Below, one piece after another: positions 21,050 through 34,843 of a stretch of DNA of 64,000 nucleotides. The notes beneath the pieces are model-generated. The model was not told the DNA's origin. It searched no databases and saw only the letters and a program-made list of their open reading frames with translations. Position 1 is the stretch's first letter. Each line of letters begins with the position of its first letter. The stretch is from a virus: positions 64,001 to 128,000 of the IMG/VR virus record IMGVR_UViG_3300045988_163304. The stretch is one strand, 5' to 3'. Both the position numbers and the translations under genes were made by a program.

Positions 21050-21218
21050 TGTTTTTATAAACTCCCTTCTCTGAAAAAAAGTTTAAAATATTTATTTTAT
21101 ATAAATATTAAGAATTTTTATTTGTATATTATTTTAATTTGGCCATAAATATATAATATCGCAATTAATTTTTTTATTATTTAATAGAATAAAATGAGTG
21201 AAAGGAGACTTGAAATAA

Positions 21219-22478
21219 ATGGATATTGCAAAAGTTGTAGGGTTAAATAATTTAAAAACTTTTTATGCTGAGTTAAAAAAGAAATTTGCTCCTAAACAAT
21301 TGGATTCTATAGTAGATGAAACAGGCAATCCAATTTTAGATTCTAATGGAAACCCACAATATTATGAATATATTACAACTAAAAATGGGTATACTGCTGA
21401 ATAGATTGATGATCGATTAAGTGATATAAGCTTACCAGAAGGAAGTCACTATTTACGAAGTGACACTGGAACAAAAGGATATACTCAAGAAGAAGTTAAT
21501 AATAATTTTATGCCACAATTATTAGGACGTTCTTATTTAATTTGCACAAATACAGATCCGGAAAATTTAAATCAAATTACTGTTTAGGGATATAATAAAA
21601 CTGAAATAGATAATAAATTTGTAGCAAAAAGTGATGAATTTTATTATTTAACAAATACTAATGGCGATAAAGGATATACACAAACAGAAGTTGACCAAAA
21701 ACTAGAAGATTTAGTTTCTAATTAGAATAATTGGATTCAAGGATTAAGATTAATTACAGATTTGTCATCTATAGATTATAATAATTTTTTATATTTTTAT
21801 ACAATTAATGATACAAATTATTATCCATTACTGCCCGATGATTTTGAAAGTTTACAATCAAAATATGGTGAACAATTAAAAATTTATTCACATAATTGTT
21901 TAACCTATGGAGTTAATCCTAATTATATTAATAGCAATATTGTAAAAACAGTTCAAGGATTAATTAATCAAGATAAAATGATTTTAGCAACTACAGATTT
22001 ATTTCCTACGGTTGAGAGTATCCCATCTTATTTAAACTTTATTGAAATAAATTCTGATACTAATGAGGCAACGATAATAACAAATCCAATAGAAATTTTT
22101 AATAAGCTTCCTACTAATAATATTTATGTATATCAAGGAACAATTTTGAATATAATGGATAGCGTCCAAAATATTGTAAACAATAACACTCAAGATGCTA
22201 TAAATAACTATATAAATCAATATGTTCTTTATAATAATAATGATTATAATTTTTATACTTATCCTGATTACATACCATATTTTACTTTAGATGAAAAAGG
22301 TAATTACAATAAAATTACTTCTGCCCAAGCAAAAATTTTAGGAAAAACAAATGATATTTATACAGTTCAATTAATGCTATATACAGTAAATGATTTAGAA
22401 AATATTATTGAAGTAGAAGTAAATAATAAAATTGAAGAAAAAATCCGTTCTATGGTAAAACCTGATTCTTTACAATAA
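21219..22478 (+). CDS. structural or fiber-like protein with repeated KGYTQxEVD motifs; three TAGs; opposite strand to its flanking fiber genes
   Basis: The 21219 and 21762 track ORFs share a frame, with the gap spanned by TAG only. Confidence 0.5.
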
Positions 22479-22488
22479 AATAAAGGCA

Positions 22489-22528
22489 CATAGTAAAAAT
22501 ATACTATGTGCCTTTATTTTTTTTACCT
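22489..22528. terminator. bidirectional terminator hairpin
   Basis: aaaggcacatagt / actatgtgccttt followed by T8. Confidence 0.55.
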
Positions 22529-23512
22529 AATTCTAATCCATATACGCCCATTTACTTTAATATTATCTGTTCCCCAAGTATCATAATAAGGGATTTCACT
22601 TACATACCCAACTATCGCATCAGGCCATTCTTTAATTTCTTCACGAGTCATTAATGATATTGTTCCATTCGGACCACTACAAACAGCCGCTCCCGGCTTA
22701 TATAATTCTTTATCTTCATTAGGATAAACTAATACTCTACCGCATACAGCAATAGGAGTTTTTGCTTTTTCAGTTTCTCCAATAGAAAAACCAAATGTAT
22801 CTGAGATAATATTAGCTCCTAACTATAAACGCTTAGTTGATAATTCTAAATCTCCAAAACCAGTTTCAATTATACAACGGCCTGGTTCTTTAATATAAGA
22901 TTCTCTATACTCAGCATAGTCATTCCAAACTGCACCACGGATTTTCCCTGAGCAATCTAGAAACCCATCTTCCTTACATTCTAATCGTAAATTATAATGT
23001 TCTTTACCATCTGTATATTTAGAAATATTAAAATTAATACCACTTTTATCAGCAGTTGATTTAGGGTATAAGGTAAGTTGACCATTTTCTAAATAAGTCT
23101 AATTATAATTATTAGTCTATCTTATTAAGATTTTATTAGTAGTAAGATTTCCATTTTTGAATCCAGAAATTAAAACTTTTTTAGAAGTATCTCCTTCTTT
23201 ATAGTTTAAATATCCAGTATCAGATAAAGAACCATCACTAAATGATAGACATTTATTAAGAATGGCAGTGAGATTAGAATCAGGATTGTTTTCATCAGTG
23301 ACAGTTAGAATATAATTATCGTTTTTATCTTTTTTCAATGTAACTTTTCTTGTGTTCTATATCTATAAATGAGTTCCATCTTTATTTAAGCGCAATCGAA
23401 TACCAGTATCTTTACCCGCTACTGGATAGGCTTTTATTATTTCTAATAATTTAATTAGCGCGCTATTCTATAAAACTACTGTATCTTTATATGGAGATTT
23501 ATATTCTGCCAT
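22523..23512 (-). CDS. tail fiber protein paralog (C-terminal ~150 aa homologous to gene 18941-21049); multiple TAGs
   Basis: RBS AAAGGAG; AVWNDYAE...DTFGFSIGETEKAKTPIAV...KVNGRIWI aligns with the other fiber. Confidence 0.6.
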
Positions 23513-23589
23513 AATACTTCTCCTTTCACACTTTATATATCTATTTATTATCAAAAATTATAACAAATCATTATTTATATTTACCCAAA

Positions 23590-23630
23590 AAAATAAAGGG
23601 AAGACTAATTTAAAGTCTTCCCTTTATTTT
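23590..23630. terminator. hairpin terminator
   Basis: aaagggaagact / agtcttcccttt plus a T-run. Confidence 0.5.
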
Positions 23631-24246
23631 TATTTTATTAAAAATTATCAATCCACTCTAAAGCAAATGTACCTTTCTAATGTGCTTGTTCTAAATCATG
23701 AATTGCCTAAATAAATGCTTTATCAAAAACAAATTCTTCTTGAGAGATATTATCTAAATCCCAATTCTGACCTTGTTCTACAATCGCTTCTGCAACTAAT
23801 GTATTCAATTCATACATTAAATGGCCAGCAGCATTAAGACTAAAGAATTTAATAGCAAATTTTACAGTACCAGCATATTTAGTAGCGGCATTTTGAATTA
23901 CCCAAGGCATAATAATTTTTTGATTTACATTATCAGTAGTAATATCCATATAAGGTACTACATAATAATAGGCTTCACCTTTTGCATTTTGAAATTGAAT
24001 AATGCAACAAGTATTAGATAAATCCATGCCATCAAAATATCGATCAAATGTAAAGTATAAAGTCTCAGCCGAATGGTCCTGAGAGACGATAATGAAGGAC
24101 TTAGGCACTTTTATTTTACGTTCATTCAAATCGATAGGGATTAATTCTTCTTTAGGTGGAGTTGGAAGGAGAATGGCTTTGGAAGTTCGCATCTATTTGT
24201 CAATTGACCAAAGCTTATTCTCATAATCTTGATAATTAGTAATCAT
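23629..24246 (-). CDS. structural protein; N-terminus paralogous to gene 24276-26210; two or three TAGs
   Basis: MITNYQDYENK vs MITKYKDSVRL; shared ...AETLYF..DRYFD.MDL core. Confidence 0.5.
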
Positions 24247-24275
24247 GATTATTCATTCTCCTTTCTCCTAATTTA

Positions 24276-26210
24276 TCACTTAATATTAATATAGAATGCA
24301 TCACTATTTAGTGAATAAGCACTTCCATTATATTTATTAGTTACACGAATAAAATAATTACCTTCTTGATTACCAACCATTGAAGAGGTAATTGTAGTAT
24401 GCTTTCCACCTTCAATATTAGAAGATTCCAATTCACAAACAGGAATAGGATTAGTATCATCACTTTCTTCATTAGGTAATTGATATAGAGCACAAACTAC
24501 TTTATCGCTATATACTTTTTCATTAGTGGGTGTTAAAACATATTTAACATCAAATGATTTTTGAGTATACTTATCTGTAACTCCATCAGTAGATGCATTT
24601 AAATTAATCCAATATTGTCCACCTTGCTTGCTTAAACCTAAAATAATACTATTCTCTTCAATCTTAGAAGCTAAAGGAGAAACAATATATTCTTTAGATT
24701 TAGTTTCATCTAAAGTAGTTTGATTATTTAAAAATGTTTTAACTCCAACAATATATTTGCCTTCTTCTCTAATAGCAAAGCTATTATTTTGAGTAGAACG
24801 AATCCACTTTGAAGTGTTAACAGGAGTTTTATTCCCATCTTTATACCAAGCATATTGGACTAAAGCCTTAGGTTCAACTCCTACAGCAGGAGCCTCATAA
24901 GCGTCTTTATTATCATATCCAGAAGCAATAGCAGTCAGAATAACTTCATTACCAGTTAAAAATGCCACAGAATCAGCTACAGATAAATCAATATCATAAC
25001 CTTCATCTTTTAAATCACTATTATTAGAAGTAATTGTAATTTCAGCAGGAGCATCGGGCTCAGGACAAATTACCACTGGAGTATGCTCAAGAACGCCTTG
25101 ACCAATTTTCTTATTTTCTTTATCAAAAATAATTCCTTGAGCTTGAATATAATATTCACCAACGCCATTTACTTCAATAGTAGCATAACGGGCATATAAT
25201 TCACTCTTATTTGGAATAGCAATCTCTAAATCATTCCAAGTTCTAACATCTTCACTAGATGCGAGATTATAAACACTGCCCTCTTTAATGTAATAAGTGC
25301 CAGCAGGGTCTAAAGGAATACGTTTATCATTTTCATCTTTTTTAGAAACTAAAACATATTCATCTACAGGATCATCTTCTCCAGCAGGAGTAGAATACTT
25401 AATATCGGCGGCACCGGCTTGAGCACGAGCATATAATTTTACAGGTACAGAAGATAATTTTTGAGAATTGCCACTATCTACCGCATTACCTGCTAAATTT
25501 ATAGTCTATAAAGCTACTGTGGCACCAGGGTCAGTAACCAAGCCATTGGTAAGCCATTTTAAATCCTCAACTTTAGCTTCGCCTTCACCGAAACTACTAT
25601 TTTGAAGCATATTTAAAATATCATCATTAACATTAATAACTGTGGGATTAATTAAAACCAATCCCTCTTTAATATTAATTGTTGAAACTAAAGTATTTAA
25701 ACTATAGCTAGTAATATTATCACGCTCAGTATAAAATTCAACTGCGAAACTTAAAGTACCGCTTTTGCCAGTTAAATCTTTAGCTACAGGCCAACCAAAA
25801 ACAATTTTTCCAGGTTCAGCATCAACGCTCTTAGAGAAATTGACAGATTGGCCAGAAATGTCACCAATTTTCCAATTGATACGAATATTACAATTGTTTA
25901 AATCCATATAATCAAAATATCTATCAATACTAAAGAAAACAGTTTCAGCTAAATGATCTCCTTGAACTGATAAACCATTAGCAGTAAAATCAGAAGGAAT
26001 TGTAATTTTGCGGCTATTAGCATCAATTTCAAATAAAGGCTCATCCAAAGGAAGTCTTAAAAACTTTTTATCTAACTCACCAATTTCTTGTATATATCCA
26101 AAAAAGCTCTCAAGGTTATCAATTTGAATTTTACCATTACTAGCTTTGTCAATATCTTCATACAGTTTTTGATAAGCTAATCTAACAGAGTCTTTATACT
26201 TTGTAATCAT
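24276..26210 (-). CDS. tail or baseplate structural protein with Ig-like C-terminal repeats; one TAG at 25506
   Basis: Two same-frame track ORFs joined by TAG; the gap has no other stop. Confidence 0.55.
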
Positions 26211-26322
26211 AGACTAGAAAACCTTCCTTTCTAAAATAATTTTCCCTTATAGAGAGAAGAGAATTAATCTCTTCTCTCTATTTTTCAAAAAAGTTATATA
26301 TTAGATAATTGGAACTACCCAA

Positions 26323-26520
26323 TTAAACTTCTTTCCATTGATTTAATTCTTCTTCTGGAATAATTACATTTTGAACAAAATCTTTTCCATTTTTAGTAAG
26401 ACGTTTGTCATGGTCAGCAATTAAACGAAGTTTTCTAATGTAATATATATCTTCAAGATGCACGGGAGAAAGAATTGTTCCGTTTGTGCCTAAATATTCA
26501 TACATCACAATTTTAGTCAT
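26323..26520 (-). CDS. small hypothetical protein
   Basis: Intact 65-aa ORF with RBS AAGGAG. Confidence 0.4.
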   Translation of the reverse strand: MTKIVMYEYLGTNGTILSPVHLEDIYYIRKLRLIADHDKRLTKNGKDFVQNVIIPEEELNQWKEV

Positions 26521-26539
26521 TTTCTTTTCTCCTTTTTAA

Positions 26540-29500
26540 TTAATGAATAATTGTCAGTGCTCCATCAGGAATATCAGTAAATTTCTGGAGAGCAATACTT
26601 TTATCAAGATCAGTATACCATTCGATAGAATTTATCTATACAGGGCTTACACTAAAATAACCTTGAATAGCTTCATTTTGCATATTAGCATTTGTAAGTT
26701 TTGATTTACTATCAGATGTACCAATAATAATTTCATTAATACCAGAACTTCTTGCACTATTATAGTCACTCATACTACTAAATACAATACTTGCACTGCC
26801 CATTTTTTGAACTTCTGATCCAATAATAAGAGTAGTTAAACTAGGAGCCCAAGCATTCTTAATAGCATCAGTTTGAATTTCTGCGATAGTACCATTTAAA
26901 TTACTATTTATTAAAGAAGGCGTATTAACTGTTCCACTAGAGCCTATTCCTTTAAAAGTATAAGCTTTTAATATTCTTAATCCTTCTGGGAATTCAACCC
27001 ACACTAATTGGTTAGAACTATCAAACGTACCTTTGCTAAAATAACGTAGATTACATTTAGTCTATCCATTTTCTTCAAATTTTTGGAAGAATACATGAGT
27101 TAAATTTTCACCATAACAAACAGGAACAAGAACTGAATCGTAACCATTAAGTATACCTTCAGTTTTTCCTACAGGATTAGTTAATCGTTTAACATCTTCT
27201 AAAGTAGAACACCATAAATCACCAGGAGTACCAAATGTGGCATCAATACCTATTACACGTTTTTCTACACCATCGACTGTGAAAAATGCTGGTACTGTTA
27301 GTTTTCCTTTAACTTTTTTATTTAAAGCTAAAACGATACCATTATCTAAACTCCAACGAGGATCTAAATTATCTATATACCGTGAAGAAGTGTCTTGAGT
27401 TGAAGGAGTGAAATACTCAGGATGAATATCTTCATATACATTAATAGGATTATTATCAAATACTGCATAAAATGTAGTGTCTTCAGTAATCATATACTCT
27501 TCTAATTTCATAGCAGAGGAAGCAGTTGCAGAACGATTATAACCTAAGAATTTATAAGTCTACTCTAATGGTAAATCGCTATCATCTTTCCAAGGAATAA
27601 TAGTAGACATTACAGCATAATTACCATGAGGAATTTTTTTCTCTTCGATTAATGTATTATCTTTATAATAATATTTAACACTCCATTTGTGGATAGGACA
27701 AATAGCATAGAATGTATAAGTGTGAATATTATTATCAAGAGTTTGTTCACTCCATTTATTAATACTTTTATCAATATTAATAAGAATATCAGCACTAGCA
27801 GAATTAGTTAATGCCCAACCATAGAAATCATGATTTGGCTTTTTCTCACTAACATCGCCAAATGCATCAATAGGATCTGCAAACCAAGTTTCGCCTTCTT
27901 TTAAGGTCATAGAACCAATTAATTGATAACGACCATCATTACCTTCATCTTCATCCATAATTACAAATCTAGCAGTATATCCCTGTTCTACATTTGCACA
28001 GAAGATTGTTAAATCAGGATAAGCAACTTGAATAGTATTACGCAATTCAGATTCTTTAATAACTTCTGTATTATTAATATAAATAATACCAGAGATATCA
28101 GGAATGTTTTTACTAGAATTTTTAATCCATTTCTTATCACTAATAAATTCTTTAAACATAGCTAAATCAGTAATTTGATTTATTTTATCTTCTGGGATTG
28201 TTTCATCCTTACGATAAATTTCGCCATTTTCAACTTTAATAGTCCATGCATCAAAATTAGTATAAGTGTAAGGTTCTAGTCCATAATGACCATTATCTAC
28301 ATAATAAGTAGTAGATGGATTGCGCTCATCGTCGACTGTCATCTAAATATATGGACACCAATTAACATTAGTCATAGAAATCTAAGAAGTGTTAGTCTAT
28401 TGGCTACGAATAGTATAATATTGCTTTAATAGCTTATAACTATCATAACCTAAACCACCACCAGCGATATTTAGAGAAGCAATCACTGTATCTCCTTTAT
28501 CTCCAGTTGAAGTCTTATCAAAGAAACCTTGGAGGTATAAACCAGGATTAGCATGTAAATTACCTTCATCATCACGAGTAGGATTTTTATATTCATCTTC
28601 AGTAATTATATTCTTTAATAAGTTGGCTTCAACCAATTCAAGATTTGTAATACTAGTAGGTAAATATACAGTATTTAATGCTACACCCTTAGCAAATTGA
28701 ACGTTAATTAAATTAGATCCAGTAGCACGGAAATTCTCTAATTTTTCACAACTAGTTAAATCTAATACAGGAGAAGCAGCATTAAACTGAATATTACTCA
28801 TATTTACTTCTTTTAATAAAGGCATACCTTTACTATCAGAAGAGCTGGCAGGAATACTGAATTGGTTAACATTATCATTATGCCAACGCTCTCCATTTAC
28901 ATCCAAACCATCATATCCTAATTTCAAACTAGTTAATTTAGTAGCATCACCAGAAATTTCAAACTCTTGCCAATATAGATTACTCATATCGCCAAGGTCT
29001 TTCATTTGGTTAATGCCATAAACATATAGTAATTGTTCAGGATAATTTTCACTCTTACGGACACCATTTTCAATAGAGTCAATATTAAATCTTAATGCAT
29101 GAACACCATCATATTTACGAGAAGGATAGGCTTCATTATCATCACCAAGAGTAACATAAGAAGAATGGGCTGGAGTTAATGTCATCCAATATTCAGCATC
29201 AAATAAATGATTTTTAGTTAAAGTGCTTTCATCCTTGAAATAAGGATCGCTAGCCGTTTCAATCCATTTATCTGAAGTCTTATTTTTATTGTTCGCGGCT
29301 ACACGACCACGAATGCGGTTCGCACCACCACGTTGATAGTTACCTTCATTTAACCAAGAGTCAATATACTCTAAACGGTTAGATAAAAATTGTTGACGAG
29401 ATAGACTTCTATTTCCTTGTAAAGCATAGAAATAAGTACCATTAGTATCAACAGTATATACACCAGTTGTATCACTGCTAATATGTCCAGTAGTACCATC

Positions 29501-32500
29501 TAAGTAAGAAGCATCATTTGTAATAGTGATATATTTATAATATTCATCTAAGTTAACTGCTACCAATGGACGAGTGCCCAAGTCAGCTAAATTATTTGTT
29601 GTATTATAATCAGTTAAATAATATGATTCAATACGATCAACAGTTTTTAAAGGTGGCTGTTTTAAATTAGAACCAAATACACTGGTAGTAATACCACGTA
29701 AATGTCTATACTTAGGAATAATTAAGCCAGTTTTAAAATATTTATAGAAGTTATTCCATAAAACACTATCAGAAGTAGAATAGTTACCATCTTCAGTAGC
29801 ATCAACATTATATTCAAATGAAGGAATACCAGTATTATTAATACCTAATTGAGTATCAATATCATAGAAAAGTGGATACCAAATATAATCTCCACCTTCT
29901 TTTTGAGGGCCCCAAGAAGCCATCATGCAGTTTTTACCACGAGAGTCATAACATTCAAAAATTTCTGTCATAACAAAATAAGTAGCCATATATTCTTTAT
30001 CGAAGTGGTCACTTAATTCATAAGTAAATTTATCACCACGATATTCTTGCGTGTCATATTTATAAGAGCGATCACCATAAATAATAGTGGTTCCAATATA
30101 ATATTTATTTGGCTCATAAGTTTCAGCAGTCACAGTAGCTTTAGTTACTGCTTTACCGCATTTAGCATTTCCATCATAGTTATAATATGTCTTACTTGCA
30201 TCAAATGCTTCATCTTTACATAAAATAACTAATCTATCAGCCTTTGTGTCTAGCTCTTCATCGCTATAAGATTCCAAAGTATAATAACGCTTATCAGGAT
30301 TGAATGTATCAGTACTATAACAAGGAACATAAGTAATATTATTATTTTTATCAACTTCACCAGTATATAATTTAGTTTTAATAGCACTAAATAATACTGT
30401 TCCAACATAAGCAACGATATATTCATGACTATTTTCTTGATTGGGATTATAATCAGGATTCTTTTTATAATAAGTAGTGCCTTCTATATATTCTTTAGCT
30501 AAGGTATAAATCTACTCAGAAGTTGATGGATTAGGTGTCATAATATAATGTTTATTACTATCAAATAATTCTTCACCAACATCACAGATTTTATAAGTAC
30601 CATTTGATACAACTTTTTCAGTACAAGTACTCCAAACCCAAGCTACAGCACGTTCCCAATTAGAATAATCTTTCAATAAATGTTGAGCGCGATTTTCTTG
30701 ATTTAATGTAATATCATCCTTAGAGAATGTTAATGTTGGGTCTTTCTTACATTCTCCATCAGGAGCCATAATATAATCAAGGAGATCCTCATCATTATGA
30801 TAACGATATTCAAATGAGTCTGCTACCACAGGAGCAGATTGAACAGCATTTAATACACGAGAACCATCAGCATTAAATACATCAAACTTTAAATCTTTAC
30901 GATCTTGTGGATCGCGATATGAGCAGAAGGTACGACTATTATTTTCAAACTCCCAACATTCTGCTACTTTAGGCATACTCTTAGTACCATCGTCTATGAA
31001 TTTAGCTTTTGGGTCTTTGCCAGTAGTATTATCAAGAGCGAATCCATATACTTCGTCAGAGCCTTTATCTAAAAGCATGTTATACATACCAATAAATTGA
31101 TAGATAGGTTCTGTGCTACCATCAACTGGTTTCTTTTTGTGGAACGCAAGTACACGGAAACCTCGTACAGAAGTACGATAATCATCAGTATTTTCAACTT
31201 TAAAATCACTATATCCAGGTTTCATAATATACCATTTATTATATTTAGGATTACTTGAATCAGCTACTTTTAATTTTGAATAAACAGTTGGATTTTCAGC
31301 CATTAATTTTTGATATAAGGCATATGGGCCTAAATCAAAATCTTCTTTACTAGTAATCACAATATTATCTTCTAAGACTGTATTACTTGCTGTTTTTGGA
31401 TTGCCTTTATGATTATAATAAGTATAAGTAGCATCAGGGATATATTCAGTTGTTTCAGTTTCAACAGTTTTGTCAGAATCTAAAACCTAAAATGCTTTTG
31501 CATTATTATAATCGTCTAATGGATGTTTAGAATAAGCATTTTTAACCATATTTGCAAATCCCATATTATAAGTTCCAGAAGATTCCATATAGTCAATCTT
31601 CATAGTAAATTTAGTAGTACCGCAAGTATAGTTATTAAAATACCAATATTTTTGACGAGTTTTTTCATCGCCACGTTTTACATAAGCAGTATTTTCAATA
31701 TAGAAAGTATTAGGTTTATAAGGATTAGTTTCGCTAAATGTAACTTCCTTTTCACCATTTTCATCTTCATAATATTTAATTTTTAATTGGCCAGTAGCAG
31801 AATCAACTAGAGGACCTAATGTTGTACTTAAAATATAAGGCTTCTAAGTAGAACCTAATACATCAGCATTATACTATTCTCTGAATGGTCCACGGTTTAA
31901 GAAAATGTTAACACGCTTTTCGCCATCTACCGCATCGTTATTTTTAGTTTTAACTTTATAATTTCTACGAGGATAGAATTCAGATGAAGTTCCTTGAACG
32001 CTCATTGATGCGCTATCACTAATAAATGAAGGACAATGATATTTATAATAAGTTTCAACAGCTTTTTGTTTTTCAGCTGCTGTCGCACCATCACCAAATA
32101 ATTTATCAGCTTTAGCTAATTCTTCCAATTTACCTTTATTATAATACATTTCAAGCGGAGTATTAACAAATTCAACTCCAACATTTAATTTAACTTTTTT
32201 AGAGTAAGGAAGTTTATTTTCACTATCTTCTAATTTAGTAGTATCAAAAATAATATAAGGCATTAATGGAGCATCAGGATGCTCATTATTATACTTTATC
32301 ATATTAGTATAACTAAATTGGAATTCATCGATAGCAGTATTTTCTTCTGCTAATTTATTTTGATCATAAATATCTACATTCTCAAAATCAGCAGCATAAT
32401 TCATGACAATATCATTAACATTTAAATCAGTACGATATACACGGACTTTATATAAATCAATATCGCAATAATCACTGTTAAATTCAATTTTATCATTTTC

Positions 32501-34702
32501 TACAGTAAATCCATTTTCTTGAGTATTTCTAACAACACTAGTTAATACACCATTTAAATAAATGTAAATTAAGTTTTGAATTTCTTCTTTGCTATATTTA
32601 CAAACAACAGATAAAGTAATAATTTTATTTTCAACATAAGACACATTTACTGTATTAATACCATTAGAGAAAAATGCATCCTATGGACCTAAACATAAGC
32701 CAGTAACGGCCTTAGTATTGCCAGAATAATAACCGCCTATGACATTATTTAAATTAATTTGTTTTTCAGTTTTAGCAAATTTTAAATCATCATATTCCAT
32801 TCTACGTTTAACGCCATTTTTATCAACAAATTCAACTTCATAAGTTTTTAAATACCAAGCTAAAAATGCATCATAGTTAGTGTATGTAGTATTAAATTTA
32901 CCAGTTTCTTCATTATAAAATGCTTTATATAAATCACCATCATTTTCATAGCGAGTAATAGTACGAATTAAATTTGAATAGTCTTGAACATTACGAATTT
33001 TAAATGTTAATTCAATGGTATGAGATTGTTTAGTATCTTGAGGACCATCAGGATTTGCAAATACAGTAGGTCCAATAGGAATAGATAATTTAGCACCATT
33101 ACTAATACGTAAACAAGTTTTATTATCTTCGTCAGTGGTCCAGCCATTATTATACCAATTAAAATTAGTAAATGTTGCTGTGCAAGGTTCAGCTCCTAGA
33201 GCAGTAGAAGAATTTACTAAAGTAGTACGTTTAGCTAACGTTTCAGAATTAGAACGTCCGCTACCTACTGTATTTAATAAATAAGTTAAAAAGCCCTGCT
33301 TCTAAATACCAAAGTCTGTTCTTGTTGGGTCGTTTACAACACGAATTTCAATTTTACGAGTAGTCTCACGCGCTCCATCACCACAAGTAATAGTGTAGTG
33401 ATTAATTACATCTAATTCAGGATTAGCAATTTCAAAAATCGCATAATTTTTAGAATCAGTAATTGTTTGAGGAGAATAAGAAAGTTCAATATTGTTACGT
33501 TTAAAATGCACTATTGGGTTTTCAGCCTATGGATCAAAAACCCGGAAAGGAATTTGAATAGTGTCATAACTATAATATTCATCTTTATAATCTCCCAACC
33601 AAATAATTGGAGGAGCTTGAGGGTTTAAACCATCATAAACAGCTACTTCAAAAATTAAAGGATTAACTTCAATTCCTTTTTTACCATTAATAGATTGGAA
33701 TAAACGAATCCAAACTTTATGATAACCATTAGTTACAGTTGTATATTGTGAAACATTAACACTCTATAAAGTAGTTGCATTCGCCGTTAGAGGCACGCTT
33801 AAAAATGGTTCATCTTCATTGTCGAAATAATATTCAACAATTTTATCCATCGCACCATTAACATTACATTGTAATACTAATTTATTGGGATCAAAATAAC
33901 TTAAATTAGAAAAACTACTTGATTCTTGTAATTCTAATTTAGAAGTTTTAAATGTTATTAAACGAGTAACTGTGCTTGAATGGTTAGTTTGGCTAGCTAC
34001 TAACACTAATCTTGAAGAAGCATCATCCTTAGCTAATTTACCAAATTCAAAAGCATATTTCTCCCCATCAGGTACTTGAAATGTTCCTGAATTATACTGA
34101 TTATAGTTAGTACCATCATCAGTATACTCTAATTTCCAATTAATTGTAAGGATAGAATCATAAGAATTACCCTTTTTATTTTTGGCTGATGTAGCAACAA
34201 ATGTTACTTCTTGAGAGCGTCCATTAATTAAGTTAACAGTAGGTAATGGGTCTACAGTTAATTCGATGTCAGAAGCCAATGAACCAGGGGCATCTCCACC
34301 ACCACCACCAGCAACAGTTAAACGACGACATAGCACATTTTGAAATGCTCGCTGAACTTTTATTACACGATAAAAACAATTATCGCCTAAGTTGATAATT
34401 AAATCATCTTCTTCGGGATACTCTCCGCCTTCAATAGCTCCGATTGGAATATTGATTTCATCTTCTAATTTTTCAGCATCAGTCGGAGTATAATTGGCAT
34501 AATAAATACCAGAATTACTTCCTGAGCCACCACCACTACCGCTTCCTAAAAGCTTTCGTGATACCATTGTGCCATCAGCTTGAGTATAGTCTATGAAAAT
34601 TTTACCAGTATCGACTGCAAAATAAACATATCCATCATTAAAACCCATTAAATCCAATTTCGCTTCAGTACCACGAACAGGGATGAATCGTTTATTGCTC
34701 AT
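26540..34702 (-). CDS. giant (~2720 aa) tail fiber / host-recognition protein, read through 11 in-frame TAGs
   Basis: Nine consecutive track ORFs (33764, 33302, 31874, 30512, 28397, 27560, 27062, 26636 ...) are all in one frame, each bounded by cta (= TAG) on the plus strand. The gaps 32645-33301 and 33512-33763 were checked codon by codon and hold only TAG. N-terminal fiber motif GYVYFAVDTGKIFIDY; TAA at 26540. Confidence 0.55.
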
Positions 34703-34762
34703 GCAAGTATCTCCTTTCTATCTTAAATTTTATATAAAACAAAATTATATATAAAAAAAATG

Positions 34763-34788
34763 GGAGAGGAATTTTCCTCTCCCAAATT
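34763..34788 (-). terminator. hairpin terminator (minus-strand sense)
   Basis: gggagagga / tcctctccc with T8 on the minus strand. Confidence 0.5.
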
Positions 34789-34843
34789 CCTTCGTTGATT
34801 TTTAAAAAAACCACGAATATAATTATTATAAACTGTCCTTAAA

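Noticed and set aside
21050-22540. Invertible tail-fiber segment (Gin/Cin-type) for the opposite-strand gene between two fibers
   Set aside because: No inverted repeats flank the segment, no invertase is nearby, and the fiber genes are complete on both sides.
23629-23707. Whether gene 23629-24246 ends at the TAG at 23707 rather than the TAA at 23629 inside the terminator stem
   Set aside because: Not resolvable from sequence. Kept the read-through model for consistency, but flagged as uncertain.
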